A stretch of DNA of 64,000 bases from the human T2T-CHM13v2.0 reference genome, Homo sapiens. Position 1 is the first letter of the stretch; each line of letters opens with the position of its first letter. The position numbers and the translations under genes are program-made. Shown piece after piece: positions 57,271 to 64,000 of the stretch. The notes beneath the pieces are model-generated. The model was not told the origin of the DNA and did not search any database. It saw nothing but the letters and a program-made list of their open reading frames with translations. The stretch lies in the NCBI RefSeq assembly GCF_009914755.1, contig NC_060927.1; one strand, given 5' to 3'.

Positions 57271-59515
57271 GTCAAGTCCTTAGAAATCTTTACGTTCATT
57301 TTTGGTTGCCACATATATGCTATTTACCTAATGATCATCTAATAACAAATAACATGCTAGTGATATGAAATAAGAATCAAGGGAATTGATATTTCTATAG
57401 AGAGCAAAAACTGAAATATTCAGCCCTCTGTCTTCACTTGGTTTAGTATTAGATGCTATGTGAATGAGGTATGCCAGTTTCCTAACTGCTGGAAAAGGGT
57501 TATCATCTAAAATTGATTCAAACAAGGGATCTTGTTTATTATAATAGTTTATTTTACTTATACTATTTTCAGTGGGAAAATGTAGGCCCCATTAACTGTA
57601 ATGTTGTGCTTGGCAGGTACCATTAGGAAGTAATTGGCTTTGACTAGTAAAATTTCATGAATTGTCGTGACTTTACTTTTAATTGAGTCCAAGAAAGAGG
57701 CTGGAATGATTGAACAATAAAAAGTTGAAGAGGTCTGTTGTTTTGATGTATCATCTAATAGATATAAATATAATTAAATAATATAGACAGTAACTTAGCA
57801 GAAGGAGGAAAATCGGAAGTTCCTCTTGAGCCATGCTTATTAGGAATCACTGAAAAAATACTGGAAATACATACACTGTTACTCTGTAAAAATTTCCAAA
57901 AACCTGAACTTTAGCTCTTCTGAGGATAAACCTATTAAAACATCACAAGAAATGTAATCAGTATCTTGTAGAAGCTAGTAAGGACAATTTCACTGCTGAG
58001 TAGAGTATCTGTGACCTGGAAAACAATATAAGGATTAAAACAATGACTCTCAAGAGTTATTTTAATAGGTTCAGGTAAATTGGAAATCAAGTATGCAATA
58101 TGGCACTTACTTTACCTCTATATCCTGTCTGCAGTGCATGAAAATATCAAAATGATATTTGCAATAACACAACATGAGCCAATCTATGAAATGTAATGTC
58201 CCAAAAAAAGATTCAGCATGTCTGAACAAGAATACAATGAAGAAAAAGTTACTATAATTATGAAACTTGCGACCATCAAGCATCAAGTTACTTATGTTGT
58301 ATACATTTGCTGCATCTTTTCTGTAAACCTTTAAATAAGCAATCTAAGAAAATAATTTTCTGGGAGATGACTGAGATAACCAGAGATAAGAAATTAAAAT
58401 GAATTATTTGGCAGCCACTGTATAGTAACATCAGATTCAATCCTACTGTTGAAATTGCCTCTGTATTGTGAGCAGTTAGAAAACACTTTCTCAAATGATC
58501 AACATCTATTTCCAAAATTGTAGTTATGGATAATATGCATAGCTACAAATGATCATGGACTTCCTTCCAAGAATCAATTCAAGGAGAGGAATTCAGACAA
58601 ATAGGTGCCTTTTAATAAGTCAAGTTCCAGCTGTGAACTTCAAGGCAATTATAAGAGAGAAACATAAAGAGTCCAGGCATAATACAAAATAAATAAGTCC
58701 TATAAAATTGGAAATTTGCAGGGTTCTAAATCTTTAGGAATCCACGGGATGTTCGCAAATGCATTTGGAGGGCAGGACTTTCAGAGCTAACATAAAATCG
58801 GACTCATTATCTTTCTGTAATTTAGTATTTCCTCTTATAAGAATTCTAAATAGAGGGTAGCTAGAATAGCTGAATTAATCAAAACTTCTTTTCCATCAAA
58901 AGTTCGTTACCAGCGCCCTTGGCTCTGTTCTCATCTCCTTCATGCCTGCACATCTCTCCTGCATGACTTCAAAGGCAAATCTCCACACAGGAGATAGGAA
59001 TGAGAGGCTGGGGGATGAGAACCGGGCCACCTCTGTTAAAAGAGAGGCTTAATTAAGTACATATTTGAAGAGTGCCTTTCACATGAAAAAGCAGTAAGAA
59101 AACTCAGTACTATTAACACTGAACAAGAAGTGCCTGGTCCTGGGAGCAAAGCCTTACTGAGATTAAGGAAAAAGTTTATATTCTCCTCCTCCAGGCAAGC
59201 ATTTTTCAATGGGGTTCTTTATTGATCTGTCATCCTAAGAGAGTCTGTAAATCTAGCATCTGCATATTGATTCCTAGTTGGTTTGGAAGAAGAGGAAGCA
59301 GAGAACAAAAGACACATCTTTCTTAAGTCAGAGTAAAACTGCATGCTTGCAAATGTGCACTCATTTCTCTGCAAAAGGACTTATAGTACATGTAAAATTT
59401 GGAGGCAAACACTTTTTGTGTGTGTAATGAGAAGATCTTAATTTTCATTTGTTACTTAGAAACTTAACTGGCATGATTTATTATTAAAATGACCAACGTT
59501 ATTGTAACAGCATGT

Positions 59516-61244
59516 TAAGGCCAAACTGTTATTTAATGTCATACCCATAATTTAAAGATAAATCAAAGCATGGATAAATATTAACTGTGATTTATGCAAT
59601 GTATTAAGAATGTTAGACAAAAGTTTTCATCAGAAATGAAAACTTGGCAGGTATATTCTAATGGTTCAAGTAGATGTACAGTCATTGGAAGTTTAGAGTG
59701 AGGCACCATATTTCCACAGATACAAAGTCCTGAAGTGAGATGCCAGGTCGAAAAACAAATCCTCTGAGAAAAATAACTGGCTAGAAGGCTCTAATTCCGA
59801 TGATAAAAGGACTGAGTAAGAAAGTAAAGTAAAAATATATTTGCGAGAGATTTCCTTGAAAGGAGCTGGTGCTAGGCTCTAAATCTCACCACCCCTCTCA
59901 AAGGTGAGGACTGGGAATCCATCCTCCTCAACCTGAAACTTAGAAAGAGGAGCTTCATTGGGAGTATTTGGAAAGCTTGAGAAATGGCTCCGGAATTTAG
60001 GGAACTGACCTAATGTCTGACACATGTCCTGACATTCTTCAGGGGAAGGCCATGACTTCTGAGGTAGCATGTTCAAAAGAAAGAAGAGTCTGTTTGTATA
60101 ATAATCACATTCCCACTAGTAACAGAGCAAAAGCTCATTTGCATTTCCTGTACACCAGATGTAGATGACAAGAGTGGGAGCACATTCTAGCAATCATGCT
60201 TGGCGGGACTTCCAGGATAGGCAATAGTACTCTAACTGCTAGTCTGTGTTGAAGACGACACTGTGGAAGTTAGAACTAAGGGAGAAGTAGACATCTGAAG
60301 GAAAGGTACTGAACAAGCAGTCACAGATGTTGTAGCCAGGGAAGGTTAGCTTCCAAGGTCTGAAAAAGCTTTGAACATCTGCCAGGCCAAGTTCCTATAA
60401 TACCATCTTGTGATAATACCTGCCTAAGTGAAAGCTCCCTGTCTGCCTTTGGCCTCCAATCCTTTTAATTTACATGAACAGGTGAGTAGAGGAGGAGATG
60501 AGTTAGACAGAATGACCCATTCCCTCCATCCTCTACCACTGCAATGGCTACACTACAGTCAGGCTCTGATTGAAGAGGGGAAAAGTTCAAGGTTGTATTT
60601 TTGATTACTGTGGACCGAACAGTGTCATTTCTGAAACAAGACTATGCTTGTGACAGGAATGGAATGAGGAAACTTCAATTACCTAAAACCAACAAAAGGA
60701 TCATGAAACCTTCAAATGTTTCATACAGTATTGGAAAACTACCTGCAATAGACACAATAAGAAAAAGTGGGTAAAAAAAATTAGTTTTGTCTTCAGTTTA
60801 CCTTTGAATTGTGCTTATTAAAGGCAATAATAAGCCTAAAACCAATTGTTTTTTCAAAGAAACTGCAGCTAAGAAGCAGCTGGTTAAAATGGGACATATC
60901 TGTCATTTTGCTAGCTAATCAAAGTAATCACCATTGAACACAAACATTGTTATAAGTAAAAATACAAATTTCAAACTGAAGGGGATCGTAGTTGAATAAA
61001 AAATTCACCAAGGCCTTCAGCCATATCTTCAAAGATATTGAAGCAAGAATTAGTCTATTTATAATTGTACCTGTAAAGCCAAACTGTTATTTAATGTCAT
61101 ACCAATAATTTAAAGATAAATCAAAGCATGGATAAATATTAACTGTGATTTATGAAATTTATTAAGAATGTTAGACAAAAGTTTTCATCAGAAATGAAAA
61201 CTTGGCAGGTATATTCTAATGGTTCAAGCAGATGTACAATCATT
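59516..61244. repeat. Dispersed direct repeat pair, 171 bp (59516-59686 and 61074-61244)
   Basis: Ungapped manual alignment with 6 mismatches in 171 bp; offset 1558 bp. Confidence 0.96.
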
Positions 61245-61799
61245 ATTTGAAAGGTTGATTAGATGTGTCACCTAAAAAAAGACTCAGTGTTTCTATTTCC
61301 TTGTCTGAGTCTTCAATGGAGACATTAATAAGAAGGAAATATCTATTCAAGGAAATCTAAATATTTATTAGTTCCGCCATGCTGTTTGGGTTGTGAACTC
61401 AAGTTAGGTAAAATCTCTTTGCCATGATTTGTCAAAAGCAGATTTTTTGATGACTTGAGTGGATTTTATTTTCTGAAATCAATTTGGGCAATAGCGCTTC
61501 AATTCTCCTAATTAGCTGCCTTGGCCCATTAGAAAACTGAGTTTCTGTCCTCCATTTTAGAAAGCAAAGACTAGGACAAAATAGCACATTACTGTAGTGG
61601 TAGCGAAGAGACAGATAAGGTTTGAGCTACAAAGAACAGTTTCAAAAAAGTGGTTCTGAGCAACCTTCAGTTAGTAAATAAAATCTGTGCAAATAGCTAT
61701 TTGTGAAACTTGTATTATTTTCTCTTTTTTGAAGTTATTTGCAGGATTGATCCAGTGCTTAGAAAAATGACTGACAGATGAATCAGTTTTGAATCTCTC

Positions 61800-62005
61800 A
61801 GTTTCTATTCACACTGTCTAGATCAAACCTTCATCTTTCAACTAGGTTTTGACAATACCTTCTTTTTTCCTAACTTCCCTTACTTCAATGTTGCTCTCCT
61901 CTAATGAACCCTTCATTATACTGACAGATTATTTTTAAATGCAAATCAGTTAACATTTGTTGTCGTTGTTTAAAATAAATTGTTAGACTCCCATTTCCTA
62001 AAGGA
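61800..62005 (+). mobile_element. L2 LINE relic
   Basis: CTAGATCAAACCTTCATC..CAGATTATTTTTAAATGCAAATC..CTCCCATT. Confidence 0.5.
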
Positions 62006-63465
62006 GTGTTTCTCTACAATTTTTCTTCTGCCTTAACATGCAAGATAGCTGGTATTCATACAAAGGACAAACAGCGTGGACATACATAGCTTTAGTGTCA
62101 TTAGCTATTTACTCCACTTTTTTCTTCCTACTCACTCAAAAAAGCATACTGAAATGCAAGAAACTGAAAGGCATGTAAGACTAGAACTCATTTATTAGAA
62201 ACAGTAATCAAATTTTTACTGACTGCTATTATTAACAAATTATTGGTATAATCGTGTATCAAGATACTATAGTTAAAAACCCATTGGACTACAAGATAAA
62301 CCCAAACTACTCAATTTGATATCCGTAGTACTAGCCTAACTCATTTTTTGCTCCTTCTTCAATTATATTTGCCTCCGAAGGGAAAGAATACAAATCACGC
62401 AGGAGGGGAGAATTTCTTAGCAGGGAAGAACACGTAGAGATATGGGAAACCAGAGAGCAACAGACCTCTGGACTCCACAGTTCATCTAAGGCTGGTTTGG
62501 ATCCATGAGTCTTCTCATACATTCAACGGACTATCTTAACTAGGCTTTCTTACATTATTGACAGTGTTTCAGTTTATTACTTTGATAAAATAATAGAATT
62601 TAAAATATGGATCTGTGACATAGTTAAGTCACTATACTTGTTAGTAACTCAGGAGATTATAGGTTTATAATTTAAATTTCATAGTCATGTACATTTTTTA
62701 CTACCATGTGAACTTTCGGAGGGGCAGAAAGTCGCAATCAAATAAGTAGATTTCAGTTATTAATATTAGATTTGATTACCTTATGTATTTTTAATAAAAA
62801 TATAAAGAATTCTACACCTATGAGATTTATAAAAATAAGATTAATTACTATATCTGCAGGTAGAGTAATTCATCAGAGCAGAGAACTGATGAATTACTGT
62901 CTCTAAGATAATTTATCTTTGAAAATTCTGTTCTAAGCTGAATGTGTAAAATTTCCCATCCATTTTTATAGCAGAGCACTTTTCTTAGCCACGGATTTAG
63001 TAAAACTAGAATATCTTGTGCACAAATGTCTAAGTTCTGATAAAGAAAATCTCACATTCTTAAATTCCACATACATCTTTTTAATATAGGTTTTTCTTTC
63101 TAGGTTTAATTTTCTTTCTAAGCCCTCATTTGATAATTATATGTCACCTTGAGTATGCTTTTTGATGAAGTTTTCTGTCTTCCTAGCTAAATTATGGTTT
63201 CTTTAGAGGAGCAAATATGTATTCTATTCTTTGTCTCCTGAATATATAGCACAGTGCTTTGAGGATAGTAAGGCAAATTTAGTTTAGAGGAAACTCATTT
63301 TGAGAGGAAAATTTATTAGCTATTTTTTCAAAGTGACAAAACCATTATCAACCAACAAATATTCAGATGCAAACACTCTCCTAGGTATAGCATATGTTTT
63401 GCGACACTTGCCCTCAAAGTCCTTTTACAGAGACAAGCCACATACCCAAGGCGGATTTATAAAAT

Positions 63466-63680
63466 ACCTAAATGAGTGAAATATATATATATAATATATA
63501 TTAATATTTAATACAAAAGACCTAAATGAGTGAAATATATGTGTACAGTTATATATTATATAATTTTAATTATATTTAATTATATACAATTAAATTATAT
63601 ATTAAATTATATATTTAATTATATATTTAATATATATAATTAACTATATATTTCACTCATTTAGGTCTTTTGCATTAAAT
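63466..63680. repeat. AT-rich palindrome with 35-bp inverted arms plus an extra 21-bp direct copy
   Basis: 63506-63540 is the reverse complement of 63646-63680 (34/35); ACCTAAATGAGTGAAATATAT is repeated at 63466-63486. Confidence 0.95.
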
Positions 63681-64000
63681 GATATTTTCTATAATTTTAG
63701 TATATAGAATAAGTAGAGATTTTTTAAAGATGACTTTACAAAAAGATTATCCTTGAACTTGTACATTAGGTAAAGAGACAGTTTGAGCTCATTGATCCTG
63801 TGAGAAAAGGCTTCCCCAGGCACAGGTTTACATGTATTTAAATGTATCACTAATATTACTTTGAGAACTAGACTCCTCTTTTTTTTTCTATTGAACAACT
63901 ATACTTAATAAGAAATCATGCACATTTTGTAATGTAGTTTCATATTTACAAAAAACTCAAATTAGAATCATGGAAGTACGGTAACAAATTTACTGCTACT

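Noticed and set aside
59690-60830. Possible ancient LTR (LTR78/LTR85-like) between the 171-bp copies
   Set aside because: Resemblance too faint to call without a profile search.
59513-61242. TRIM or mini-LTR retrotransposon reading of the 171-bp pair
   Set aside because: TG..CA ends can be drawn, but no TSD, primer-binding site or polypurine tract is present.
61279-61313. 9-bp inverted repeat AAGACTCAG/CTGAGTCTT, plus short tandem duplications near 563-617, 20174-20200, 34552-34607 and 38881-38926
   Set aside because: Short enough to be expected by chance or from ordinary slippage in AT-rich DNA.

Overview
Human, AT-rich non-coding DNA (intergenic or deep intronic). The species call rests on a consensus-matching AluYa5 plus primate-specific L1PA, THE1, MST and LTR12 elements. 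I recognise no protein-coding gene, RNA gene or CRISPR array, and cannot name the locus. The ORF track is explained by Alu, L1 ORF2, MaLR-internal and LTR12 frames or by chance. The window holds 13 Alus, three L1 bodies plus fragments, a solo LTR12C inside MLT1K, a deleted MST provirus, THE1D, several MLT1 LTRs, hAT relics (MER53, MER63B, MER103C-like) and MIR/L2/L3 relics. I found no well-supported new biological system. The best leads are: (1) several local copy/foldback/patch scars, namely a 171-bp direct duplicate 1558 bp apart, a 62-bp duplicate 876 bp apart, a 96-bp tail-less young L1 fragment, an AT-rich palindrome with 35-bp arms, a 10-bp template-switch inversion and a triplicated 23-mer+polyA unit; (2) an Alu+old-L1 cassette inside one TSD pair, possibly a composite retrocopy; (3) the LTR12C promoter pointing left towards candidate splice donors; (4) a speculative chain of + strand micro-exons (8.4-22.5 kb) that could be a decayed gene or micro-ORF. 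Repeat subfamily names come from recalled consensus sequences and need Dfam/RepeatMasker confirmation; boundaries of ancient repeats are approximate.
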